Shown: positions 51,111 through 61,379, counted from the stretch's first letter. The stretch: DNA of 64,000 nucleotides from Hemiscyllium ocellatum (GCF_020745735.1 NC_083450.1:4667479-4731478); one strand, 5' to 3'. Numbers and translations: made by a program. Notes: generated by a model not told the origin, from the sequence alone.

Positions 51111-51434
51111 ACAGTTCCACTGACAAGACGTCCGTCCTCGTCTTCCTCCCGCCGTCTGTGTCTGCCCAGATGGACGCCGTCCCCTTGGTGTGTCTAGTCA
51201 GCGGGGTCTCTTCCAACGAGATTGTCATTTTCTGGAATATTTCCGGCGAGGTGACCCAAGGGGCGAGCGATGTCGGGAAGCGGGAGCCAGACGGCAACTG
51301 GAACATCACGAGTCAGGTCATGGTGACCAGGGAACTGTGGACAAGCGGCGCTCTGTGTTCTTGTGTCGTTCAACTGGGAGAGAAAGTCCTGACAAAGAGT
51401 GTGTCCTTCACTGAACCGGCAGCAGCAAAGGCAG
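51111..51434 (+). CDS. IgSF receptor exon 3: C1-set constant domain
   Basis: Acceptor CTCTGCCCAG at 51110. Encodes DSSTDKTSVLVFLPPS...LVCLVSG...IFWN...DGNWNITSQVMV...W.SGALCSCVVQ...TKSV. Donor G|GTGAGT at 51435. 324 nt, phase 1-1. Confidence 0.93.
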
Positions 51435-52124
51435 GTGAGTTATTGAGATGCCCAGTGAGCGTTTATAGACACCCTGGTTTCCAAAGTCTCAGTCGCCAGT
51501 GAAATACCTCCACCAGTTAAAGGTTTAGAGATGTGTTTATGAATTAATGTGCGCGTGAAAAAAAAAATGCTCATATAGATGTGCCTCTGAGTTTAAAGTA
51601 AACGTGTGTACATATTTGCATGTGTTTGTTTGCATATTAGATATGTATGGTTGTCGATATCTGAATTCACACTATTACCTAAGTACATGGATCTGTCCAT
51701 ATACACGTGAATGTGTACCAGTGAGTGCATGTCTGTGTTTGTAAGTCTGAGTCTATGTATGCTCGAGTGCAAATGGCTTTGCATGTTCGTGTGCATATAA
51801 GGTGTGAGCATGTATTGATATCTGAGTATTTACCAAGACCTAAGCATGTAGATCTGTGCATATGCATCTATTCATGTGTAGAATGTGCGTATAGTAACAA
51901 ATAGAAAGCGCGGGAGAAACTCAACAGGTCTGACAGCATCCGTCGACAGAGAAATACAGTTAAAGATTCGAATTTGGTGTGACCCTTCTTCAGCGTGTGT
52001 ATATATGTTTGCATTTATATGCCTGACTGTGTACATATGTTTGTGTGTAAATATGTATGTACATGTAACTATATATGAGTATACGCGTGAGTCCATGTTT
52101 TTATGTCTGTATAGATACATATAG

Positions 52125-52870
52125 AACATAGAACATTACAGAGCAGTCCAGGCCCTTCGGCCCTCGATGTTGCGCCGACTTGTCATACCAATCTGAAGTC
52201 CGTCTAACCTATACTATTCCATTTACACCCATATGTTTGTACAGGGACGGCTTAAATGCACTTAAAGTTGGCAAATCTATTACTGTTGCAGGCAAAGCAT
52301 TCCATGCCCTTACTGCTCTGAGTAAAGAAACCATCTGACATCTGTCCTATATCTATCACCCCTCAATTTAAAACTTTGCCCCCTTGTGCGCGCCGTCACC
52401 ATACTTGGAAAAAGGCTCTCCCTGTCCACCCTATCTAACCCTTTGATTTCTGAAGGCTTCCCATTTTCCAGCCATCCTTTTACCTGCGAGCATCTGCCCC
52501 TCGATCAGCTTTTGAAAGTTCTTACCTAATACCGTCAAAATTAGCCTTTCTCCAACTTAGAACTTCAACTTTTAGATCTGGTCTATCCTTTTCCATTACT
52601 ATTTAAAACTAATCAAATTATGGTCACTGGGCCCAAAGTGCTCCCCCACTGACACCTCAGTCACCTGCCCTGCCTATTTCCCAAGAGTAAGTCAAGTTTT
52701 GCACCTTCTCTGGTAAGTATGTCCACATATTGAATCAGAAAATTTTCTTGAACACACTTAAATTCCTCTCCATCTAAACCCTTAACACTATGGCAGTCCC
52801 AGTCTTTGTTTGAAAAGTTAAAATCCCCTACCATAACCACCCTATTATTCTCACAGACCTCCTTACAAAT
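52125..52870 (-). mobile_element. CR1 fragments (3' end and an upstream ORF2 piece) in intron 3
   Basis: AGAACATAGAACATTACAG...GGCCCTTCGGCCC tail. The GTCACTGGGCCCAAAGTGCTCCCC segment is the reverse complement of the EHF(G)xSDHN region. Confidence 0.75.
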
Positions 52871-53544
52871 TTGTTTCTCAATTTCCCTATATATTAGTTT
52901 ATATGTGAGTATAAGCTTATGTATTTCAGTGCATATATGCTTGTGTGCATATATGCACGTACATGCAAAGCTATATATGCTTGTTTATGCGTCTTTGTGG
53001 GTATGTGTGAGCATATGTATTTCTACATGCATGTATATGTGTACAAACGTACAGATATCTACGTTATAAGAGTGTGTATTAGTGAGCTAGGGAGTGAGTG
53101 TGAGTTAGTGATTGCGTGAGTGTGTGAGTGCGTGAGAGTTCGTTGGGTGTGAGTTAGTGAGTGTATGAGAATTATTGAACGCGTGGGGTAGTGAGTGAGT
53201 TAGAGTACATTTGAGTTAGTGTGGTTTAGCAAGTGTATGAGAATTAGACTGTGAGAATTCGTGAATGAGCGTGTGTTAGTGTGAATGATTTTGTGGGAGT
53301 GGGACTGAGCGAGACGGTCAAATACTCAAACCAATCCATTTAAGTATTAAGGCAATTTAATATTGTTCATTGTTGGTGATGGGGACTTGTTCTTCTGAAC
53401 AGTTCGTCGGGTCATCAACCATATCTGCATAACATATTCGAATCAGAGACCAATGCAACATAGAAAGAGGCCATTCAGCCCATCACATTTAGCGTCAGCT
53501 CTTTGAAGCCCTGCAACTTGTGGCCCTTAATTCGCAGTTTGATT

Positions 53545-55470
53545 CCCCTTGGGATACCTTGGATTGGAATCAAAGTAGGAGTATACTTAAGAGGGAAATC
53601 AGGAGGGCAAAACGGGGGCATGAGATAGTTTTGGCAAATAGAATTAAGGAGAATCCAAAGGGTTTTTACAAATATATTAAGGACAAAAGGGTAACTAGGG
53701 AGAGAATATGACCCCTCAAAGATCAGCAAGGCGGCCTTTGTGTGGAGCCACAGAATCTGGGGGAGATACTAAATGAATATTTTGCATCTGTATTTATTGT
53801 GGAAAATGATATGGAAGATATAGGCTGTAGGGAAATAAATGGTGACATCTTGCAAAATGTTCTGATTACAGAGGAGGAAGTGTTGGGTGTCTTGAAATGG
53901 TTAAAAGTGGATAAATCCCCAGGACCCGAGAACTCTGTGGGAAGCTAGAGAAGTGATTGTTGCGACTCTTGCTGAGATATTTGTATCATCGATAGTCACA
54001 GATGAGGTGACAGAAGACTGGAGGTTGGCAAACGTGGTGCCACCATTTAAGAAGGGTGGTAAAGACAAGCCAGGGAATTATAGACTGGTGAGCCTGATCT
54101 CAATGGTGGGCAAGTTGTTGGAGGGAATCCTGAGGGACAGGATGTACATGTATTTGGAAAGGCAAGGACTGATTCGGGATAGTCAACATGGCTTTGTGCG
54201 CGGGAAATCATGTCTCACAAACTTGATTGAGTTTTTTGAAGAGGTAACAAAGAAATTGATGAGGACAGAGCAGTAGATGTGATCCATATGGACTTCAGTA
54301 AGGCGTTTGACAAGGTTCCCCATGGGAGACTGATTAGCAAGGTTGGATATCATGGAATACAGGGAGAACTAGTCATTTGGATACAGAACTGGCTCAAAGG
54401 TAGAAGATAGAGGGTGGTATTGGAGGGTTGTTTTTCAGACTGGAGGCCTGTGAGCAGTGGAGTGCCACAAGGATCAGTGCTGGGACATCTACTTTTCATC
54501 ACTTATATAAATGATTTGGATGCGAGCATAAGAGGTACAGTTAGTAAGTTTGCAGATAACACGAAAATTGGAGGTGTAGTGGACAGTGAAGAGGGTTACC
54601 TCAGATTACAACGGGATCTTGACCAGATGGACCAATGGGCTGAGAAGTGGCAGATGGCGCTGAATTCAGATAAATGTGAGGTGCTGCATTTCGGGAAAGC
54701 AAATCTTCGCAGGACATATACACTTAATGGTAAGGTCCTAGGGAGTGTTGCTGAACAAAGAGACCTTGGAGTGCAGGTTCATAGCTCCTTGAAAGTGGAG
54801 TCGCAGGTAGATAGGATAGTGAAGGCGGCGTTTGGTATGCTTTCCTTTATTGGTCAGAGTATTGAGTACAGGAGTTGCGAGGTCATGTTGCGGCTGTACA
54901 GAACATTGGTGAGGCCACTGTTGGGATATTGCGTGCAATTCTGGTCTCCTTCCTATCGGAAAGATGTTGTAAAACTTGAAAGGATTCAGAGAAGATTTAC
55001 AAGGATGTTGCCAGGGTTGGAGGGTTTGAGCTACAGGGAGAAGCTGAACAGGCTGGGGCTGTTTTCCCTGGAGCGTCGGAGGCTGAGGGGTGACCTCATA
55101 GAGGTTTACAAAATTATGAGGGGCATGGATAGGAAAAATAGGGAAAGTCTTTGCCCTGGGGTCAGGGAGTCCAGAACTAAAGGGCATTGGTTCAGGGTGA
55201 GAGGGGAATGATATAAAAGAGACCTAAGTGGCAACTTTTTCACACAGAGGGTGGTACGTGTATGGAATGAGCTGCCAGAGGATGTGATGGAGGCTGGTAA
55301 AATTGCAACATTTAAGAGGCATTTGGATGGGGATATGAATAGGAAGGGTTTGGGGGGATATGGGCTGGGTGTTGGCAGGTGGGGATTAGATTGGGTTGGG
55401 ATATCTGCTGGGCATGGACGCGTTGGACCGAAGGGTCTGTTTCCATGCTGTGTATCTCTATGACTCTATG
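53545..55470 (+). mobile_element. CR1 LINE RT region + 3' UTR in intron 3
   Basis: ORFs 53953-54276 (NVVPPFKKGGKDKPGNYR, SQHGFVRGKSCLTNL) and 54414-55211 (GVPQGSVLG, KFADNTK, FWSP, RGDLIEVYK). CTCTATGACTCTATG tail. Confidence 0.95.
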
Positions 55471-55694
55471 GCTCTCCCCTTCTCTTTCTGCAATGTCCTG
55501 ACGAACTCCGTTCTAGTTTCGAGGTTCAGTTTGAACATTTTATACCAAATAAACCTCAGAGTGTGAAGTCTTGCTGAAAATGGAGAGTTAGAAGTTTAAG
55601 ATATCGCAACCACCAAGCCTACAGGGTCGCCTGAGTGCCCGGAGATTTGACGGGTTGGAGGAGATGCTGAAAAAAAACTGATTTCTTCTGTATA

Positions 55695-56102
55695 AATGGG
55701 GTTAGGGTTAGTGTTAGAATTAGGGTTAGGGCTAGGTTTAGGGTTATGATTAAGATTAGGGTAGGGTTGGGATTTGAGTTATCATTCGAAATAACGGTTT
55801 GGATTGGGCGTAGGATTGAGCTAATGGTAAGGATTAGGATTCGGAATAGAGTCAGGGTTAGAGCTAGGGTTCATATCGGGTTCGGGTTAGGATTTAGTTA
55901 TAGAGTCATAGAGATGTACAGCATGGAAACAGACCCTTCGGTCCAACCCATCCGGTTAAGATTGGATTTAGGGCTAGTTTACAGTTATTTTTAGGTTTAG
56001 ATTTAGGGTTATGGCTACTGTTAGGGTTATGGTTAGGGTTATGATCAGGGTTAGGATTAGGGTTAGTGTTAGGATTATGATGAGGGTTAGGGTTAGAGTT
56101 AG
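55695..56102 (+). repeat. Degenerate (TTAGGG)n-like interstitial repeat with a small CR1-tail insertion (~55900-55950)
   Basis: GGGTTAGGGTTAGTGTTAGAATTAGGGTTAGGGCTAGG... and ...TTAGGGTTATGGTTAGGGTT...GGGTTAGGGTTAGAGTTAG. Confidence 0.8.
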
Positions 56103-56125
56103 AGCAGAGAGTATACTCTGAAGGG

Positions 56126-56428
56126 GTCAGCACTGCTGCCTCACAGCGCCAGAGACCCGGGTTCAATTCCCACCTGGGGCGACTGCCTGTGTGGAGTTTG
56201 CACATTCTCTCCGTGTCTGCGAGGGTTTCATCTGTGCTCCGGTTTCCTCCCACAGTCCAAAGAAAATGTGCAGGTTAGGTGAATTGGCCGTGCTAAATTG
56301 CCCATAGTGTTAGGTGAAGGGGTAAATGTAGGGGAATGGGTCTGGGTGGGTTGCTCTTCGGAGGGTCGGTGTGGACATGTTGGGCCGAAGGGCCTGTTTT
56401 CACACTGTAAGTAATCTAATCTAATCTG
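56126..56428 (+). mobile_element. HE1-type SINE
   Basis: B box GGTTCAATTCC, V-domain core, GGGCCGAAGGGCCTGTTT tail and (TAATC)n end. Confidence 0.9.
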
Positions 56429-57337
56429 AAGCAATCATTGACAAGTCTCTTTTTGGGAGCTGGAGAAGGTAAAATGGCGTATCCAAAAAAGATATCAAAA
56501 GACACACACACACACACACACACACACAGCGACACACACACACACACAGACACACAGACATACACACACGCACACACACAGCGACACNNNNNNNNNNNNN
56601 NNNNNNNNNNNNNNNNNNNNNNNNNNNNNNNNNNNNNNNNNNNNNNNNNNNNNNNNNNNNNNNNNNNNNNNNNNNNNNNNNNNNNNNNNNNNNNNNNNNN
56701 NNNNNNNNNNNNNNNNNNNNNNNNNNNNNNNNNNNNNNNNNNNNNNNNNNNNNNNNNNNNNNNNNNNNNNNNNNNNNNNNNNNNNNNNNNNNNNNNNNNN
56801 NNNNNNNNNNNNNNNNNNNNNNNNNNNNNNNNNNNNNNNNNNNNNNNNNNNNNNNNNNNNNNNNNNNNNNNNNNNNNNNNNNNNNNNNNNNNNNNNNNNN
56901 NNNNNNNNNNNNNNNNNNNNNNNNNNNNNNNNNNNNNNNNNNNNNNNNNNNNNNNNNNNNNNNNNNNNNNNNNNNNNNNNNNNNNNNNNNNNNNNNNNNN
57001 NNNNNNNNNNNNNNNNNNNNNNNNNNNCCCAAGAACCCTGAAACAATAGTTGAGGATTTGACAATGACAGAGAGGGGATGTGGGGGGATGGGGCGGGGGG
57101 GGGCGGCTCAACTATAAGATATAGGAGCAGAATTGGGCCGTTTGTCCCATTAAGCCTGGTTTGCTATTCGATCATGGCTGATATGTTTCTCGAACGCATT
57201 CTCCCTGTAACCCTTGATCCCCTGACCAATCACAAACCTAGCTGTCTCTGTGTTAATTACATGCAAGGGCCTGGTTTCCACAACTCTGTGGCAATGAATT
57301 CCACAGGTTAGCCTACCCTCTGGCTGAAGAAATTCCT

Positions 57338-58155
57338 CCACATCTCAGCTCTAAAGGGTCATCTCCTCACCCTGAGGCTGTGCCCTCGGGTCTTTGTCTG
57401 CCCTCCGAGTGGGAACATCTCCACATTCACTCTATCCAGGCCTCTCAGTCTCCTGTAACATCCAATCAACTCACTCTCTCCCCAGCCACCAGTCCCCACA
57501 CCTCCCTCTATGGAAAATAAAGAGCGTGGAAGCAAGGGAAGGGTTAAAGCATGTAGACCCCTGACGATCTGCTGCAAGGGGTCTGTGGAATGCAGGATGG
57601 GGTAAGAATAATGGAATGCTCTTAAACCAACCAGCAGAGGAAGGCTGAGGCTGAAAGGTCGCTATGGCGAGATGAGATAACAGTAAAGTTAGCCTCCCTG
57701 TAAAGTATCATTATGCCAAGATTGGGACCATAAATATTTGGTACATGACATTTAATACCTAAGTAATAGTAGAGTCAGCCTGCTTGAGACTATTGACAAT
57801 AAATCATGACATTAGGAAAATATAAAGTAGGGTCTGGAATGAAAGACCCTCGATGCAAAAGCTGACACTAAATATCTAACCGTGACATTAGAATAACATT
57901 AAGTAGAATGTAGGAAAAAGTATGGTGGGACAACTATAGAGATAATGGGAACTAACATCCCTTGCTTTCACGCTCTTAATTTTCCATAGAGGGGGGCGTG
58001 GGGACTGGTGGCTGGGGAGAGAGTGAGTTGATTGGATGTTACAGGAGACTGAGAGGCCTGGATGGAGAGAATGTGGAGATGTTCCCACTCGGAGGGCAAA
58101 GACCCGAGGGCACAGCCTCAGGGTGAGGAGATGACCCTTTAGAACTGAGATGTGG
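57338..58155. repeat. ~200-bp inverted repeat (arms ~57338-57540 and ~57958-58155) partly derived from a CR1 3' fragment
   Basis: The arms are near-perfect reverse complements, e.g. CCACATCTCAG.TCTAAAGGGTCATCTCCTCACCCTGAGGCTGTGCCCTCGGG versus CCCGAGGGCACAGCCTCAGGGTGAGGAGATGACCCTTTAGAACTGAGATGTGG. Confidence 0.9.
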
Positions 58156-58379
58156 TTTATTGTGTAGCTAGAGTGAGGTATTTTGATTAATATAGCTGGA
58201 CAGGCTGATAAGCTAACAGAAACATGGTTAAAAAAAAAGATATTGGGCCCTGAGGTTCCGGGACATTAGAGAGTCCTTTCTCAGTGTCACGGGTTCTGGT
58301 TTGTAAATAAAAGACCTATCTCTCCACAACCCCTCCCCATTCATCCTTCTAAGCTCCATGGATTATAGACCCATACTCC

Positions 58380-59320
58380 TCATAGTTTATTTGGAAGCAC
58401 TAGCTTTCGGAGCACGACTCCTTCATCGAGTAGCTGTGGAACAGGATCAAAAGATACAGAATGTACAGCAAACGCTTACAATGTCATACAACTGAAAGGC
58501 TAGATTGAACAAATTCTAGATTGCTGTTAAGTCTTCCACCTTTTTGAATGGTTTGCAGATTCCGGTTAGTTTATATGATTCGATTCCCTACAGTGTGGAA
58601 ACAGGCCCTTCGGCCCAACTAGTCCACACCAACCCTCCGAAAAGTAACCCATCCAGGCCCATTCCCCCTAACTGATGCACCTAATTCTATGGGTAATTTA
58701 GCATGGCCAATTCACCCTGACCTACACATCTCTGGACTGTGGGAGGAAACCGGAGCAAACCCACGCAGACACGAGGAGGATGCGCAAACTCCACACAGAC
58801 AATCACCCGAGGCTGGAATCGAACCTGGGACCCTGGCAGCTATGAGGCAGTAGCGCTAACCACTGAGCCAAGGTGCCGTAAACCCCAGAACTGCTGTTAT
58901 GTCACATTCTGGAGCTATCTTAAGGACTTCAAGGAAGGAGGGATATGGGCCGGATGCTGGCAGGTGGGACTAGATTGGGTTGGGATATCTGGTCGGTATG
59001 GACGGGTTGGAACACAGTGTCTGTTTCCATGCTGTACATCTCTATGACTCTAAGATCTGGGATTTATGTATTTAATGACCCGAAACCTGCAACCCATTCT
59101 AAAAGATGAAAGACTTAACCGCAATCTAGATTTGTACAATATATCGTTTCATTGAGATCTTTTGTGATAAATTCTGAGTATTATGATCTTGCTCCACAGC
59201 TACCCAATGCGGGAGCAGCGCTCTGAAAGCTAGTGCTTCCAAATAAAGCTGTTGGACTATAACCTGTGTCCTGTCATTTTTAACTTTGTCCACCCCAGTC
59301 CAACACTAGCAGCTCCACAT
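58380..59320. mobile_element. Inverted Penelope terminal repeats (further family) flanking an HE1 SINE (58572-58877, minus) and a CR1 tail
   Basis: TTGGAAGCACTAGCTTTCGGAGCAC...CTTCATC (minus arm) and GGAGCAGCGCTCTGAAAGCTAGTGCTTCCAAATAAA (plus arm). Both hammerhead cores are mutated. Confidence 0.75.
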
Positions 59321-60187
59321 CATGTTCCTCATACCACAAGCTCCCTCTGGCGTCTCTCCAACGCCAACACATCCTCCTTTAGATAGGGATCACAAAACTT
59401 GGTAATCTTCCTAAAGTGGTCTGAGCAGAGTCTCGGTCACCCTTAGCAGTCCGTCTCTGCTCTTGTACTCTAGCTCTCTTGAAATGAACGCTAACGTTGC
59501 ATTTGCACCCCCCCCCCCCCCCAACTGCCATCTGATACCTGCATGTTGACCTTCAGAGAATCTTGAAGTCAGCCTCTCAAGATTTCGCTTCTCATCAAAG
59601 TTTTCTGATCAGACTTTTCTCGCATTGCCCTCTGCCCCTATCCAAGTCCACCCCCGCTCCCTCAATGTTCCCTGTCCCTCCATCTACCGAGATGGATAAG
59701 ATCCTGTGGTTGACCGATATTTGAGGAGCTCTGGGGTGCCACACTGTGTGGAAGGAGCAAGAGTCGGGGGAAGGCGTGGGGGGAGGGCGGGGGAATGTGG
59801 AAGCTGGCTTTTCACAAAAACAGACCGGGGATGCGGGAGGCTGGAATAAGGGAACGTTGATTCATGCAGAGAGAGAGAGAGAGAGAGAGTGAGAAAGATT
59901 GGGGGAAACTGGGATAGTGCTCCTCAATAATCCAGAGGATTAAAGGAGGGGGTGTGTGGGGAAGGGGGAACCGATTCGGAGAGGAGAGGTATTCCTGCCA
60001 AGGAGTTAGTAGGGGCATTACGGGAAGAATGGCCTCATTCTGCGCTTCATCTGCCTAGCATCAGCGCTGTGCTGGTCACACTCAGGCTTCCTGAGGCAGT
60101 TTCCCCAACCCTTCCTCCTCTCCATTACAGACCACCCGCCCCACCTCCAATCATTCCCAATTCGGAAGAGGGTCAAGATTTCCTCAT

Positions 60188-60877
60188 GTAATCCGGGAGT
60201 ACAATAATTTGACTGTTGCGGCTGTACAGGACATTGGTGAGGCCACTGTTGGAACATTGCGTGCAATTCTAGTCTGCTTCCTATCGGAAAGAGGTTGTGA
60301 AACTTGAAAGGGTTCAGAAAAGATTTACAAGGATGTTGTCAGGGTTGAAGGAGTTGAGCTACAGGGAGAGGCTGAACAGGCTGGGGCTGTTTTCCCTGGA
60401 GCGTCAGAGGCTGAGCGGTGACCTTATAGAGGTTTACAAAATTATGAGGGGCATAGATAGGGTAAATAGACAAAGTCTTTTCCCAGGGGTCGGGGAGTCC
60501 AGATCTAGACAGCATAGGTTTAGGGTGAGAGGGGAAAGATATAAAAGAGACCTAAGGGGCAACTTTTTCACGCAGAGGTGGTATATGTATGGAATGAGCT
60601 GCCAAAGGATGTGGTGGAGGTTGGTATAATGGCAACATTTAAGTGGCATTTGATGGGTATATGAATAGGAAGGGTTTGGAGGGATGTGGGCTGGGTGCTG
60701 GCAGGTGGGACTAGATTGGGTTGGGATATCTGGTCAGCATGGACGGGTTGGACCGAAGGGTCTGTTTCCATGCTGTACATCTCTATGACTCTATGGGTGA
60801 AGGGTCTGTTTCTGTGCTGTACATCTCTATGACTGAAGGGTCTGTCTCTGTGCTGTACATCTCTATGACTCTATGAC
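60188..60877 (+). mobile_element. CR1 3' fragment with a triplicated tail, ending ~25 nt before the TM-exon acceptor
   Basis: ORF 60297-60629 (LERVQKRFTRML...GDLIEVYK). GAAGGGTCTGT.TC..TGCTGTACATCTCTATGACT occurs three times. Confidence 0.92.
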
Positions 60878-60900
60878 CAATGCGTCCTCTTTCCCGTCAG

Positions 60901-61002
60901 AATGGTGTAACCAGGCGTTCCCTTATGTTACCGCAGCCTCGGCGGTGGTGGCTTTCCTGATGATCCTTCTGATCATTTGGATTTGCAGAAGAGGCAGATC
61001 AG
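60901..61002 (+). CDS. IgSF receptor exon 4: short stalk + transmembrane helix (EWCNQAFPYVTAASAVVAFLMILLIIWICRRGRS)
   Basis: Acceptor CTCTTTCCCGTCAG at 60900, donor G|GTGAGA at 61003. 102 nt, phase 1-1, in frame with exon 3. Hydrophobic stretch followed by the basic stop-transfer RRGR. Confidence 0.85.
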
Positions 61003-61122
61003 GTGAGAATCAAAGCTTATCGAGGAGCTATCCACATTCGCCTGTCCCTTCCCCCCCCCCCCCCACCCCCCACCTCGCTCTCTGTTGCTAATTCCAGTTT
61101 TCTCTCGCTCTTGTTCACGCAG

Positions 61123-61150
61123 GGAAAGGAGGGAGAACCCAGGGGGAAAA
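61123..61150 (+). CDS. IgSF receptor exon 5: cytoplasmic microexon (GKGGRTQGE)
   Basis: Acceptor TTCTCTCGCTCTTGTTCACGCAG and donor AA|GTGAGT. 28 nt. Confidence 0.7.
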
Positions 61151-61326
61151 GTGAGTATCTGAACTATTTGTCAGGTTCACCGTCTGAAAGCGCCCAACCC
61201 CGATTGCAAATTCCTCCACTACCTTCCCAGATTGACTCCGAGATGGTTCGGCTATTTCTGCCACCCAAGTGCTGAAATACATTAATAAACTTTGTTTTTT
61301 TTTCTCTTTTTTGCCCTCCCTCGCAG

Positions 61327-61379
61327 TTTTCGCTTGACAGAGATGTCGCAAAACGGGAGAAAGGGCCAGCGACCATCCG
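61327..61379 (+). CDS. IgSF receptor exon 6: cytoplasmic exon (NFRLTEMSQNGRKGQRPS); gene continues
   Basis: Long polypyrimidine tract 61291-61322, then CGCAG; donor CCG|GTGAGT at 61380. An alternative AG at 61339-61340 gives a different open frame (KDVAKREKGPATIR). No stop reached. Confidence 0.6.

Larger units (their letters stand above)
27329..57027. other. Assembly gaps (N runs) at 27329-27472, 44702-45013, 45069-45321, 46618-46750, 46761-46890, 46954-47376, 47565-47929, 56588-57027
   Basis: Direct observation. Most gaps are flanked by microsatellites, so repeat lengths and copy numbers near them are uncertain. Confidence 0.99.
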
